Shown here one piece after another: positions 31,522-42,439 of a stretch of 64,000 bases of DNA (position 1 is the stretch's first letter; every line of letters begins with the position of its first letter). The DNA is from an uncultured delta proteobacterium. GTDB taxonomy: Bacteria; Desulfobacterota; Binatia; UBA9968. The notes under the pieces are model-generated. The model did not search any database and had not been told where the DNA came from. It saw nothing but the letters and a program-made list of their open reading frames with translations. The translations under genes and the position numbers were made by a program. Location: the NCBI GenBank assembly GCA_963755715.1, contig CAVWLW010000023.1, positions 11,396 to 75,395 on the forward strand, written 5' to 3'.

Positions 31522-31880
31522 TCACACCAAACTGCGGTACCGTTCCATCACCGCGACTAAATCCTCGATTGGACCGTCGGAAAAAATCATAAAGAAGATT
31601 TCGTTGGCGTCGAGTTTTTTGACATCATCGATGTCTTTCTTAACTTGATCGAGTGAGCCGGCGAAGATTGAACGATCCGCGCCGACTGACAGCCGAGACC
31701 GAAACCGACGCGCAGCCGTCCGTTCGATAAAATATCTAGCGTGGTTAACGGCGCGCGAGGATGACCGGGTTGTAAAACGGAATGTCGAGAACGCTGGTGC
31801 TCAGTTATGGGCGGCGACAGACGTTAGCGCTTCGAGGGGATCCAAGACGCGCTTATAAATAGCGTCACTCCAACACGCAT
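31522..31880 (-). pseudogene. LLM-class (F420-dependent) oxidoreductase relic with large internal deletions
   Basis: AGGAGG RBS + MRVGVTL, then fragments YKRVLDPLEAL, TSVLDIPFYNPVILARR, TTLDILSNGRLRVGFGLG and a C-terminus VMERYRSLV*. Confidence 0.75.
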
Positions 31881-31922
31881 GCCAGCCTCCTATTCGGTCA
31901 AGTTCAATTTCGCCAAATTAAA

Positions 31923-32969
31923 TCAGCTCGCGGCTTCCTGAGCCACCACCGGCAGAGAAATTTTTTGCGACTGGCGCAGGAGCGTGAGCTCACAGCTCGA
32001 ACCGATGCGCGCCTCGGTCAAAACCTTGTGCAGATCATCGACCGACCGCACCGGCCGCGCCATCGAGCGCGATAATCACGTCGCCCTGGTTGAGTCCGGC
32101 ACGCTCGGCCGGGCTCTGTTTTTCGACGGAGATGACCAGCACGCCGGCTTCCGTTTTGAGCTGCTGCGAACGCACGACGATGCGCGGGATCGTGACATTC
32201 TGTCCGCCCAGGCCAAGATAGGCGCGGCGAATTTTTCCATCCTTGATCAATCGGGCCGCGACAAACTTTGCGGTGTTGATGGCGACGGCAAAACAAAGCC
32301 CCTGAGCCGGCAGAATTACGGCGGTGTTGACGCCGATGACTTCGCCGTTCGAGTTAACCAGAGGACCGCCGGAATTTCCTGGGTTGAGCGCGGCGTCGGT
32401 CTGGATGACGTTGTCGATGAGCCGGCCCGACTCGGAGCGAAGCGAACGACCGAGCGCGCTCACCACGCCGGCGGTGACGCTATACTGAAAACCGTACGGA
32501 TTGCCGATCGCGATAGCGAGTTGGCCGACACGAATTTTTTCGGAATCGCCCAGCGGCGCCGCCACCAGTCCGCCGGCGGAAATGCGGATTACCGCGACGT
32601 CACTGGCAGGATCGTCCCCGACCATCGCGGCTTCAAAGCGGCGCCCATCGTTCAGGGCCACCGTCAAACGGCTGGTGTCGTGGACCACGTGGCTGTTGGT
32701 CAAAATGAAACCGTCGGGCGTGAAAACAAAACCTGAGCCGCTGCCGCGAGTTTCACGCGCTCGCGTGCGGCTGCGCCCCGGCTTTGAGGCAGCATTTTGG
32801 TCGCTTCGATGAAAACCACCGACGGGCTGACCTTTTCGGCGGATTGAACCACGGCCTTGGAGTAAGCGTCGAGTAAGGAGCTGTCACGGTCGGAAATCGC
32901 CGGATTGGCCGCCGTAGGCTGAGGTGCGAAATCGTTGTCTAGAATTTTTTTCAAAGCTGGTACTGTCAT
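31923..32969 (-). CDS. HtrA/DegP-like trypsin protease with PDZ domain (two frameshifts)
   Basis: GSGSGFVFTPDG, TNSHVV, IQTDAALNPGNSGGPL, SPAERAGL; ends VDDLHKVL...EAAS*. Confidence 0.85.
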
Positions 32970-33068
32970 AATTATTCCTCGGTGCGAAAGATAACCATTA
33001 CCGTGCTTTGTGTTAAGTACGCACCCAGCGGTGCTATAGTATCCATTGAGTAACCGCAGGAGATTTTC

Positions 33069-33407
33069 ATGGGAACGAAGAATGAGGAATGCCCGGCCGA
33101 GATCACGCTGGCGATGATCGGCGGCCGGTGGAAAATCCCGCTAATCTTTCATTTAACGGGTGGCGCTAAACGGTTTTCGGAGCTGTCCCGCGCGTTGACG
33201 GGCGTGTCGCAGAAAATGTTGACCCAACAGCTCAGGGAAATGGAGCGAAACGGGCTGGTCGAGAGAAAAGTTTATGCCCAAGTCCCGCCGAAAGTCGAGT
33301 ACGAGCTCACGCCGCTCGGAAAAAGCTTGAAGCCGGTGGTCGACGCCATGTGCCGATGGGGGGAGCTGCATGGCGCGCAAACGGCGGATCGAGAGGCGCA
33401 GCCATGA
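33069..33407 (+). CDS. HxlR family winged-helix regulator
   Basis: CPAEITLAMIGGRWK, SQKMLTQQLRE, VPPKVEYELT. Confidence 0.92.
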   Translation: MGTKNEECPAEITLAMIGGRWKIPLIFHLTGGAKRFSELSRALTGVSQKMLTQQLREMERNGLVERKVYAQVPPKVEYELTPLGKSLKPVVDAMCRWGELHGAQTADREAQP

Positions 33408-33793
33408 TCATCAGCACCGGCGTGGACCTTGCCGAGGTCGACCGTATTCAAGCAGCGCTGGAAGATCCGCGCATCGGCAGGCGTTTTCGCGATCGCGTGT
33501 TCACCGAGAAAGAGATCGCCTATTGCGAAAAAAAATTGCGCGGCAAATATGAAAGTTATGCCGGCCGATTTGCCGCCAAAGAGGCGGTCATGAAGGCACT
33601 CGGCCGAGGCTGGGGCGCAAAGGTGCGCTGGCTCGACATCGAAGTGGCGCGTGCGCGCAGCGGCAAACCAGAAATCGTCTTGCACGACAAGACTGCGCGG
33701 CTGGCCGAAGAACTGAAGATCCGCCGTTGGGCCCTGTCGATCACGCACACCAAAGGTCATGGTCTAGCGTTCGTCATTGCTGAAGGCGAGTAA
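33404..33793 (+). CDS. acpS: Holo-ACP synthase
   Basis: GVDLAEVDRI, AGRFAAKEAVMKALG, SITH. Confidence 0.94.
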   Translation: MIISTGVDLAEVDRIQAALEDPRIGRRFRDRVFTEKEIAYCEKKLRGKYESYAGRFAAKEAVMKALGRGWGAKVRWLDIEVARARSGKPEIVLHDKTARLAEELKIRRWALSITHTKGHGLAFVIAEGE

Positions 33794-33961
33794 AGAACAA
33801 ACTTTCTTTCACCACGAAGTAAGCGCACGAAGATCGGAGAATTAAAATCTAAGATTTTTCCTCCATAATGGCGCCTTTGCGCCTTGCGGGAGGAATTCCC
33901 GACTCCGATACTTCGATGCCAATTATTTGCCGCATTTGTGCTTAGTGATAAGAAGCGATCG

Positions 33962-34162
33962 TCAGTTGCCGCCGGATGAATTGTGCTCCGGCTTTTTTGC
34001 CGGCAGCAAAAAGATCGCGGCCAGCGCCCAAATGCCGCAGAGCGCGCCGGCTAGAGTCCAAAGAGTTTTGTTCCGGCCGCTGTACTTGGCGATCACGCCG
34101 CAGAGAATCGCATCGAGAAGGTGGACCAATGCGGTGGTGCGCCACAATGTCGTTGGGTCCAT
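33962..34162 (-). CDS. Small two-TM hypothetical protein
   Basis: MDPTTLW...IAKYSGRN..W..G...GIWALAAIFLLP, two hydrophobic segments. Confidence 0.6.
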   Translation of the reverse strand: MDPTTLWRTTALVHLLDAILCGVIAKYSGRNKTLWTLAGALCGIWALAAIFLLPAKKPEHNSSGGN

Positions 34163-34285
34163 GTCAGACTTGATGAAAAAGAGCCCGGAGAAGTAGCCCA
34201 GCAATTTGTAGAAATCCACAGCGGCTCTTGACGCTTCCTTTGAACAGCTAATATACTCGGTCTCCGCGCAATTAGAAATATTATT

Positions 34286-35317
34286 ATGGCGGTCAAAACT
34301 ATAGAGTGGAAAGACGATCGAGTTGTCATGCTCGATCAGCGACTGCTGCCGCATCGAGAGGTGTACCGAGTCTGCCGAAATTACGATCAAGTGGCCGACG
34401 CGATCCGCAAAATGGTCATTCGTGGCGCGCCGGCAATCGGCGTTGCTGCGGCGATGGGCGTGGCGTTGGGCGCGCTCAAGGCGCCGGCAAAAACTTTCGA
34501 TCGCGACTTCGAGCGGATTCTCTTAATACTGGGGAAAACTCGTCCGACCGCGGTGAACTTGTTTTGGGCGCTGGGTCGGATGCGCCAAGTCTATTCGGAG
34601 AACCGCAGCGGCGGCGTCGATCTCGTCAAGCGAGCGCTCAAGGACGAAGCGCAAAAAATTTATAAAGAAGACATTGCCGCGAACAAACAGATCGGCAGAA
34701 ACGGCGCCAGCCTCTTGCGCAACGCCAAGCAAATCATGACGCACTGCAACGCCGGCGCGCTTGCCACCGCTGGTTACGGCACGGCGCTGGGCGTGATCCG
34801 AGCGCTCAAAGAGTCCGGCAAGGAATTTGAAGTTTTTGTAAATGAAACGCGGCCGTTCTTGCAAGGTGCCAGACTCACGGCCTGGGAGCTCAAAAAGGAA
34901 AAGATCCCGGCGACGTTGATTACCGACAGTATGGCTGGTTATCTTATGCAACAGGGGAGAGTCGACGCGGTAGTCGTCGGTTGTGACCGAGTCGCCGCCA
35001 ATGGCGACGTGGCAAACAAGATCGGCACTTACACGATCGCGGTGCTGGCGCGGCGCCACGGGATTCCATTTTTTGTTGCCGGGCCGACGTCGTCGATCGA
35101 TGTCAATTGTGCCTCGGGCAAAGATATTCCCATCGAGCAGCGCGATGCCAAGGAAGTGTCGCATATATTCGGTAAGGCACTGGCGCCCAAGGGCATGCGT
35201 GTTCTCAATCCGGCTTTCGATGTGACGTCGCAGGATCTGATCACGGCGATCATTACGGAAAAGGGTGTGATCCATCCGCCCTATCAGCAAAATATTCGCA
35301 ACCATGTCTGTCATTGA
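34286..35317 (+). CDS. mtnA: Methylthioribose-1-phosphate isomerase
   Basis: LDQRLLP, IRGAPAIG, RPTAVNL, THCNAGALATAGYGTALG, ETRP; upstream TTGACG-18-TATACT promoter. Confidence 0.96.
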   Translation: MAVKTIEWKDDRVVMLDQRLLPHREVYRVCRNYDQVADAIRKMVIRGAPAIGVAAAMGVALGALKAPAKTFDRDFERILLILGKTRPTAVNLFWALGRMRQVYSENRSGGVDLVKRALKDEAQKIYKEDIAANKQIGRNGASLLRNAKQIMTHCNAGALATAGYGTALGVIRALKESGKEFEVFVNETRPFLQGARLTAWELKKEKIPATLITDSMAGYLMQQGRVDAVVVGCDRVAANGDVANKIGTYTIAVLARRHGIPFFVAGPTSSIDVNCASGKDIPIEQRDAKEVSHIFGKALAPKGMRVLNPAFDVTSQDLITAIITEKGVIHPPYQQNIRNHVCH

Positions 35318-36647
35318 GAAAAAGCACGAACTCGAAGCCTACTTCCACGATGCCGGCAAGCCGCGCGAGCGTTGGCGGGTCGGCACCGAATACGAAAAAG
35401 TCGGTATCTACCGCGATACGGGGCAGGCGATTCCCTATTTCGGTAAGCGCGGCGTCGACTTTATTTTGCGCGAGCTGATCGAGCGCTTCGGCTGGGAGCC
35501 GGAGGAGCAGGACGGCAATATCATCGCGCTGACGCGCGACAAAGCACAGATTACCTTAGAACCCGGCGGACAGATCGAGCTCAGCGGCGAGCCGTGCGAG
35601 AGCATTCACTGCACCTATGCCGAATTCGATCAGCATATTCGCGAGCTGTTGGAAGTGACCGAGCCGCTCGGCATCATTTTTCTCGGACTGGGCATGCAGC
35701 CGGTAAGCCGCTTGGAACAAATCGAGTGGGTGCCGAAGCAACGCTACCGCATCATGGCGCCATACATGCTCAAAGTCGGCAAGCTCGGACAGCGCATGAT
35801 GAAGCAGACCGCCACGGTGCAAGCCAATATTGATTATAGCGACGAGAAAGACGCCATGGCGAAATTCCGCACCGGCATGGGGCTGGCGCCGGTGCTCATT
35901 GCCATGTTCGCCAACTCGCCGATCTGCGACGGCCAGTTAAACGGTTACCGCAGCTTTCGCGAGCATATTTGGACCGACACGGACAGAAACCGCTCCGGAC
36001 TGCTCAAGTTCGCTTTCGCGCCGGAGGTTTCGTTCGCCCATTACGTCGAATATGCGCTCGACGTGCCGATGTATTTTATCGTCCGCAACAAGAATTATAT
36101 CGACATGACCGCGGTCACTTTCCGCCAGTTTCTAACTTCCGGCTATAACGGCGAGCGCGCGACGATCGAGGACTGGAACGATCATCTGACGACGTTGTTT
36201 CCGGAAACCCGCATCAAGCGCTATCTTGAGATCCGCTCCGTCGACAGCCAGCCACCGGATCTCATGCCAGCCCTGTCGGCGCTGGTCAAAGGCGCCTTTT
36301 ACGACAACGACTGTCTGCAGGCGGCCTGGGATCTCGTGAAGGGCTGGAGTTGGGACGAACGCATGCAGGTTTATCTCGACTCCCATCGCGATGCGCTGGC
36401 CGCGCGCGTTCGACGTTATTCGCTTCTCGATCTCGCTCGAGAGCTCGTGGAGATCGCCTGGGAGGGGCTCAGGCGGCAAAATCAGGTCAACGATCTCGGC
36501 GATGACGAAACGATTTACTTAAAGCCGTTGAAAGATCTCCTGTCCCAAGGCAAATGTCCGGCTGATGTCCTGCTGGAAAAGTGGGAGGGCGAGCTGCACC
36601 ACGACATCAAGCGTCTGATCGCCTATAGCGCCTACAAGCTGCCGTAA
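35304..36647 (+). CDS. gshA: Glutamate--cysteine ligase (GCS2, plant/alphaproteobacterial type)
   Basis: VGTEYEK, ITLEPGGQIELSG, MMKQTATVQANIDY, HLTTLFPE, YLEIRSVD. Confidence 0.88.
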   Translation: MSVIEKKHELEAYFHDAGKPRERWRVGTEYEKVGIYRDTGQAIPYFGKRGVDFILRELIERFGWEPEEQDGNIIALTRDKAQITLEPGGQIELSGEPCESIHCTYAEFDQHIRELLEVTEPLGIIFLGLGMQPVSRLEQIEWVPKQRYRIMAPYMLKVGKLGQRMMKQTATVQANIDYSDEKDAMAKFRTGMGLAPVLIAMFANSPICDGQLNGYRSFREHIWTDTDRNRSGLLKFAFAPEVSFAHYVEYALDVPMYFIVRNKNYIDMTAVTFRQFLTSGYNGERATIEDWNDHLTTLFPETRIKRYLEIRSVDSQPPDLMPALSALVKGAFYDNDCLQAAWDLVKGWSWDERMQVYLDSHRDALAARVRRYSLLDLARELVEIAWEGLRRQNQVNDLGDDETIYLKPLKDLLSQGKCPADVLLEKWEGELHHDIKRLIAYSAYKLP

Positions 36648-37720
36648 ACTTCATCGACGATTCGCTGGTGGTTCATTGCTTTCAAGCGCGCGATGATCTC
36701 GTCATCGGCCAAAGCGGTAAAGCTTTTTAAATAGCGCCGCTTCAGTTCCATAATCCTTCGATAACTGTTCTCAACCCGGGCGCGCAGCGCCGGCTCCTTT
36801 TCCGCCTCCGCGCAGAGAAATTCGCAAACCTCGACCGCCTTTGGCAAGTCATGGCAAAACAACAATGCATCGACGCCGGCGAGTACGGCGCGCGCGGCGG
36901 CTTCCTGCGGTGTGAAGTTGTCGCTGATCGCTTTCATGTCCAGGTCGTCGCTAAAGACGACGCCGTCGTAACCTAGCTGGTGGCGCAGTAGCCCGGTGAC
37001 GATGCGCTCGGAAAGCGTCGCCGGAACATTCGAATCGAGCGCGGTATATCGGACGTGGGCGGTCATGAGCGCGTCAATGCCATTTCGACAAGCGTGAGCG
37101 AAGGGCGGCAGCTCGATCGCTTTTAAGTCGTCAAGAGATTTTGCCACCACGGGAAGGGCCAGGTGGGAATCCTGCTCGGTGGCGCCATGGCCGGGAAAGT
37201 GTTTGCCGCAAGGAATAATTCCCCCGTCGCGCAGGCCACGCAGCCAGGCTGAACTCATATCGATCACTTGCTCCGGCTCGTTGCCGAACGAGCGATCGCC
37301 GATAATGGGATTCAGCGGATTCGAGTTTACATCCAGTACCGGAGCAAAGTTGAGGTTGATTCCAACCAGTGCCAATTCTGTGGCCGCGGCGCGGCCGCAA
37401 CGGTAAGCCAGATCGCGGTCGCGGCGCGCGCCGATTTCCGCCGCAGCGGGAAAATGGGTGAAGGGCGAGGGCAGGCGATGCACCCGCCCGCCTTCCTGGT
37501 CGATAGCGATAAACGGCGGCGTGTTCAGAGTCGTGTGCCAAAGCTGTCGGCAGAGCGATGAGATTTGCCGCGGCTCACGGCAATTATCCCGAAAAAGTAT
37601 AAAACCGCCGAAAGCGTATTCCTCGAATAGCAATCGTTCATCGCCGCCCACGCGTTCGCCGCGGCAGCCGACGATAAACATCTGAGCGATTTTTTCGCGC
37701 AGCGAGTCCACGGCTGACAA
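36632..37720 (-). CDS. nagZ: Beta-N-acetylhexosaminidase (GH3)
   Basis: IDQEGGRV, NFAPVLD, KHFPGHGATEQDSH, FSDDLDM. Confidence 0.93.
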   Translation of the reverse strand: MSAVDSLREKIAQMFIVGCRGERVGGDERLLFEEYAFGGFILFRDNCREPRQISSLCRQLWHTTLNTPPFIAIDQEGGRVHRLPSPFTHFPAAAEIGARRDRDLAYRCGRAAATELALVGINLNFAPVLDVNSNPLNPIIGDRSFGNEPEQVIDMSSAWLRGLRDGGIIPCGKHFPGHGATEQDSHLALPVVAKSLDDLKAIELPPFAHACRNGIDALMTAHVRYTALDSNVPATLSERIVTGLLRHQLGYDGVVFSDDLDMKAISDNFTPQEAAARAVLAGVDALLFCHDLPKAVEVCEFLCAEAEKEPALRARVENSYRRIMELKRRYLKSFTALADDEIIARLKAMNHQRIVDEVYGSL

Positions 37721-37773
37721 TTATAGCACGACCTAGACAATTTTTTGGTCAGCGTGTAGATTCGATCGAACCG

Positions 37774-38415
37774 ATGGAACGGACAAAATATATAGTCGTC
37801 GAAGGGCCGATCGGCGTGGGCAAGACGAGCTTGGCGAAGATGCTGGCCCATGAGTTCCAGGCGCGCACGGTGTTCGAGAGAGTGGAAGATAATCCGTTTT
37901 TACCGAAGTTTTATAAATCCCGCGAGATCTACGCTTTTCAGAATCAGACTTTTTTTTTGCTCAACCGCTACCAGCAGCAGATGGAGCTGGCGCAGCAGGA
38001 CCTATTCGAGCAGAATACCGTCGCGGATTACCTATTCGCCAAGGATCAAATCTTCGCGAGCCTTACTCTAACGGCCGAGGAACTCAGCCTTTATCAGCAA
38101 ATCTACGCGCTATTGAACACCCGAGTGCCAAAACCGGATTTGGTCGTCTATCTGCAAGCTCGTCCCGAGGTGCTTTACAAAAGAGTCAAAAAAAGGGATA
38201 AAAAATACGAGCGAGGCGTTACCTTCGAATACCTCGGCGAAGTGGCACAGGCGTATAATCAGTTCTTTTTTCACTATGATGAGACGCCGCTGCTGGTGGT
38301 GAATACTTCGGAGATTGATTTCGTGTCGAGCAGCAAGGATCTGGCTGACTTGATCAAGGAAATCAACAGCATGGGTTCGGGAACGCAGCACTATATACCG
38401 CTTGGATCCAGGTAA
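37774..38415 (+). CDS. Deoxynucleoside kinase family protein
   Basis: EGPIGVGKTSL, NPFLPKFY, DYLFAKD; upstream of panB. Confidence 0.9.
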   Translation: MERTKYIVVEGPIGVGKTSLAKMLAHEFQARTVFERVEDNPFLPKFYKSREIYAFQNQTFFLLNRYQQQMELAQQDLFEQNTVADYLFAKDQIFASLTLTAEELSLYQQIYALLNTRVPKPDLVVYLQARPEVLYKRVKKRDKKYERGVTFEYLGEVAQAYNQFFFHYDETPLLVVNTSEIDFVSSSKDLADLIKEINSMGSGTQHYIPLGSR

Positions 38416-38430
38416 TCTGGACTGAGACGG
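38398..38430 (+). ncRNA. pan RNA motif-like hairpin with bulged adenines
   Basis: CCG-CTTGG-A-TCCAG-GTAAT-CTGGA-CTGAG-A-CGG upstream of panB. Confidence 0.7.
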
Positions 38431-38483
38431 ATGCCAAAAGGTGATTTTTCGGGGAGAGAGAAGCGGCTCTTCCTGCCCGCGTT

Positions 38484-38520
38484 GGCCTTCCGGTTTGGTC
38501 CGGAAGGCTTTTTTTGTTTT
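38484..38520 (+). terminator. Intrinsic terminator/attenuator in panB leader
   Basis: GGCCTTCCGG-TTTGGT-CCGGAAGGCT plus T run, ending about 10 bp before the panB ATG. Confidence 0.85.
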
Positions 38521-38529
38521 GGGGGTGTC

Positions 38530-39333
38530 ATGGGCGACAAGATCACCGTACCTCATATCCTTAAAATGAAGCAGCGCGGCGAGAAGATTACCTGTCTCAC
38601 GGCCTACGATTACTCTTTTGCGCGGATCCTCGACGAGGCGGGGGTCGAAATGCTGCTGGTCGGCGACTCGTTGGGCTGTGTCGTTCAGGGCCAGCCCAAT
38701 ACTCTGGCGGTGACTATGGACGAGATGATTTATCACACGCGGCTGGTCGCGCGTGGGCGCAAACGCGCGTTGCTGATCAGCGACATGCCGTTTCTTTCGT
38801 ATCAGACGAGTAGAGAACAAGCGCTGCAAAATGCCGGCAGATTTCTCAAAGAGGCAGGCGCCGAGGCAGTCAAGCTCGAGGGCGGAGTCACGGTGCGCGA
38901 GACGATCGACGCGATTGTCAAAGCCGGCATTCCGGTGATGGGCCACGTCGGGCTGACGCCGCAATCGGTGCATCAGTTCGGTGGCTATAAGATTCAAGGC
39001 AGGGAAAAGGATCGACGCGAAAGGGTGCTGCGCGATGCGCTCGCGGTCGAAGAAGCCGGCGCGTTTTCCATCGTTTTGGAGGGAATGCCGCTCGAATTGG
39101 CCAAGGAGATCACCGAGCGCTTGACGATCCCGACGATCGGCATCGGCGCCGGCGCTCACTGCGATGGGCAGGTGCTCGTGATCCATGACATGCTCGGCTT
39201 GTTCGATGATTTCACGCCGAAGTTTGTCAAACGATACGCCGATCTAAAAAATACCGTTACCGGCGCAGCGAAAGAGTTTATCGGCGAAGTGAAAGAAAAA
39301 AAATTTCCCACGGAGGAACACTCGTTCAGGTGA
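38530..39333 (+). CDS. panB: Ketopantoate hydroxymethyltransferase
   Basis: [41 protein letters not shown]. Confidence 0.97.
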   Translation: MGDKITVPHILKMKQRGEKITCLTAYDYSFARILDEAGVEMLLVGDSLGCVVQGQPNTLAVTMDEMIYHTRLVARGRKRALLISDMPFLSYQTSREQALQNAGRFLKEAGAEAVKLEGGVTVRETIDAIVKAGIPVMGHVGLTPQSVHQFGGYKIQGREKDRRERVLRDALAVEEAGAFSIVLEGMPLELAKEITERLTIPTIGIGAGAHCDGQVLVIHDMLGLFDDFTPKFVKRYADLKNTVTGAAKEFIGEVKEKKFPTEEHSFR

Positions 39334-39365
39334 GAATGGGGCATTCCACCGGTTCCGTAGTTGCT

Positions 39366-40212
39366 ATGCAGATCATTGACTCCATTTCCGCTATGCGCCG
39401 CTGGAGCGAGGCCGAGCGCAGACAAGATCATCGTATCGCTTTTGTGCCCACCATGGGGTTTTTACATGAGGGGCATCTTTGTTTGGTGCGCGATGCCAAA
39501 AAACGCGGCGATCGAGTAGTGGTATCGATCTTCATCAATCCGACGCAGTTCGGCCCGAACGAGGATTTCGCGGCTTATCCGCGCGATTTGGAGCGCGATA
39601 TTAAATTACTCGAAAAAGAAGGTGTCGATATTCTTTTCCATCCTTCCGTCGAGGTCATGTATCCGCAAGGAGCCGAGACTCACGTCGAGGTTGAAAAGCT
39701 GAGTTTGCCGCTTTGCGGCGCCGCGCGGCCGGGACATTTTCGTGGCGTCGTCACGGTCGTCTCGAAGCTTTTTCATATCGTGCAGCCGCATATGGCGGTC
39801 TTCGGCGAGAAAGATTACCAACAACTGCAGGTGATCCGGCGCATGGTGCGCGATCTAAACATGGACGTCGAAATCGTCGGCCACCCGATCGTTCGCGAAG
39901 CCGACGGCTTGGCGATGAGCTCACGCAACGTCTTATCTCACGGCGGAAGAGCGGCAGGCAGCTCTTAGTTTGTCCCGCTCGCTTTGCAAGGCGGAGCGTT
40001 TGCTCCGGCGCGGCGAAACTTCAGCGCCGGCTCTGCTTCGCATGGTTCAGGCGGAGCTTGAAGGAGAGCCGCTTGCCAAGGTCGAATATGTTAAACTCTG
40101 CGACGCCGAGACTCTCGATGACATCGGTAAAATTGACGGCTTGGCATTGCTTGCTTTGGCAGTTCGGTTCGGCAAAGCCCGGTTGATCGATAATCGGGTG
40201 CTTGGCCGTTAA
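39366..40212 (+). CDS. panC: Pantothenate synthetase (frameshift near 39930)
   Basis: [41 protein letters not shown]; second frame ends ARLIDN. Confidence 0.93.
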
Positions 40213-40230
40213 AGAGAGGTCGTTGCGCTG

Positions 40231-40885
40231 GTGGACGAGGGATCTGCAAAGGTTAAAACACGCTGGAGCGATAGTCTGCGGCGCTACTTTCTCGCCGGAC
40301 TGCTCGTCTTTCTGCCACTGGCAATTACCCTTTGGTTTATCGGCTGGGTAATCGATTTATTGGATAGCGTGTTGGCGGTTCTGCCGGACGCGCTTCATCC
40401 GAATTCCTATCTGCCTTTTGCGATTCCTAAACTCGGCGCGGTCGTTACCTTATTACTGATTCTTTTTCTTGGCGTTCTTACCCGCGGCGTGGCGACACGG
40501 CGATTCCTCGCGGCATGGGAAAGTATCTTTATCCAAATTCCGGTGTTTCGCGGCATTTATACCGCCGTGCAAAAATTGGTGCAGACTTTCTTAGGCCAAT
40601 CGAATGCGCAGCGCCAGGTGGTCATGATCGAATATCCGCGCGATCGGCATGTTTACAGTGGGCTTTGCCATGGGCCGTGCCTGGTCGCATTTGGAAGAAA
40701 AGAAGAACGCCCAGCTGGTCAATGTCTTCGTTCCGACAACGCCGAATCCCACTTCTGGATTCTTTCTCCTCGTGCCCATCAACGAGGTAACCCTGCTTAA
40801 CATGACGATGGAAGAAGCGCTCAAGCTGATCACATCAAGCGGTCTAATCACGCCTGACGACAAGCTCAAGATCAATGGCCGCTAA
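40231..40885 (+). CDS. DUF502 membrane protein (frameshift near 40640)
   Basis: RRYFLAGLLV, IEYPR, second frame VFVPTTPNPTSGF. Confidence 0.85.
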
Positions 40886-41351
40886 GAAATCCGAGGCGCC
40901 GGGCGAGCAGATTGTCTGCGTCAATCGCCAGGCGCGCCATAACTACTTCATCGACGAGACCTACGAAGCGGGGCTGATTCTCGTCGGCAGCGAGGTGAAA
41001 TCGCTGCGCGACGGCAAAGCCAATCTGGTCGATAGCTACGCGCGCATTCAAAAAGGCGAAGCGTTTTTGGTCAATACCCATATCAGCCCCTACGCTGGGG
41101 CGAATCAGTTCAATCACGAGCCGACGCGCACGCGCAAGCTTTTGTTGCACGCACAAGAGATCGAGCGGCTCACCGGCAAAACCAAAGAGCGCGGCTTGAC
41201 CCTGATTCCGCTCAAGATCTATTTCAAAAACGGCCGGGCCAAAGTCGAATTGGGCCTCGCGCGCGGTAAGAAACTCTACGACAAGCGCGAGACACTCAGA
41301 CGCAAAGTCGCCGAGCGCGAAGTCGAGCGGTCAATCAAATCAAGAAACTGA
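40875..41351 (+). CDS. smpB: SsrA-binding protein
   Basis: NRQARHNY, EAGLILVGSEVKSLR, RTRKLLLH, GKKLYDKR. Confidence 0.97.
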   Translation: MAAKKSEAPGEQIVCVNRQARHNYFIDETYEAGLILVGSEVKSLRDGKANLVDSYARIQKGEAFLVNTHISPYAGANQFNHEPTRTRKLLLHAQEIERLTGKTKERGLTLIPLKIYFKNGRAKVELGLARGKKLYDKRETLRRKVAEREVERSIKSRN

Positions 41352-41445
41352 GTTTCTGGATCCCAGTATCTAGTGGGGACTGCGGAAACGATGCTCTTGA
41401 TTGGCAACTAGAAACTAGCGGCTGGAAACTGTAAACTACTCACAT

Positions 41446-41798
41446 GGGGGCGATATGGGTTCGACGGAGGGTAGGAAGTCAGAGTGGCATGCCGGGTTCT
41501 GTTCACCCGTTAAACAAACAGATCTGCAATTTAAACGCAGACAATTTCGAATACTCCCTAGCTGCCTAATCGCAGTTAGCGTCTTACCGGCTTTCTCCCA
41601 CGGGGTTGGATAAGACGTCATTCAGTGGGATGGGCCGATTCTCCTGCCGGAGGGGATGAGGCTGAGATCCAAACCGGATGGCTCTGCGAGACCCAGCCGT
41701 TGGGGGCTCAAAGAGCGAGATCAAAACGGCGGCTAAGCATGTAGGCATATCTGATGGAAGACCTTCGGACGGGGGTTCGATTCCCCCCGCCTCCACCA
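41446..41798 (+). ncRNA. ssrA: tmRNA, tag peptide (A)ADNFEYSLAA* at 41537-41569
   Basis: 5' GGGGGCGATATGGGTTCGAC, 3' T-arm GGGGGTTCGATTCCCCC and CTCCACCA; adjacent to smpB. Confidence 0.96.
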
Positions 41799-41898
41799 AT
41801 CTCACTTCCAGCCTGTTCCAGTAAATCACAAAAGCTTGTAATCCAATAGCAGAATGTCCGGCACGGTCCAGTGCTGTGCCGCTACAGCTGCCCCATTC

Positions 41899-41919
41899 TG
41901 GGGGCATTTTTGGGGCTAT
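41899..41919 (+). other. Putative tyrosine-integrase (P4-like) arm-type repeats near the tmRNA 3' end
   Basis: TGGGGGCATTTTTGGGGCTAT tandem motif about 100 bp downstream of ssrA. Confidence 0.5.
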
Positions 41920-42375
41920 CAGAGTGGCCGTCGGATATACCTCGATTGCCGCGACAAGATGAAATGTCGGCGCCTCCATGCCAGTGGAATCGCAATTCCA
42001 AGCGCAGTGCGAAGAGCGCCGAGAATGGCCAAAGCTGCGTGGGCCGATCCGAGCGATTCGGTCCGCTCGGACATCGAGTGGAGTTTTTTGAGCTTCTGTT
42101 GGATGAACAGGTCAGTGGTGCGGCGAAACATCGCATTAGCGGGAGTTCCAATTCGCCTCCCGGCATTATGATTAATCAATGTCTCGGCTAATGCTTTCGG
42201 CCAGCCGAGCGGTGCGTCGATCGCGATCAACACCGCGTCTTAAGCAACACGACGCAGCCCGCAATGACAATTGCGGCTGCTCGTTCACGAGTGCATAACG
42301 TCGCCTCCTGGATTTCAACGCCTCCTTCCCAGAACACCCACTGTGAGGCACACCGCGCGCTGCCGATAAACTCAA
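41915..42375 (-). pseudogene. DUF429 predicted nuclease (RNase H fold), fragmented
   Basis: IAIDAPLGWP, MFRRTTD, AHAALAILG, AAIEVYP in several frames. Confidence 0.7.
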
Positions 42376-42439
42376 AACTCAGGCTCGGTCGAAAGAATGG
42401 AGAGACATAAAGAGACCTGCAAAAAAACTGCGCTTAAGA

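Noticed and set aside
42292-42300. GCATAAC/GTTATGC as an attC core
   Set aside because: Lies inside the DUF429 reading frame (EATLCTRE) and has no matching L boxes
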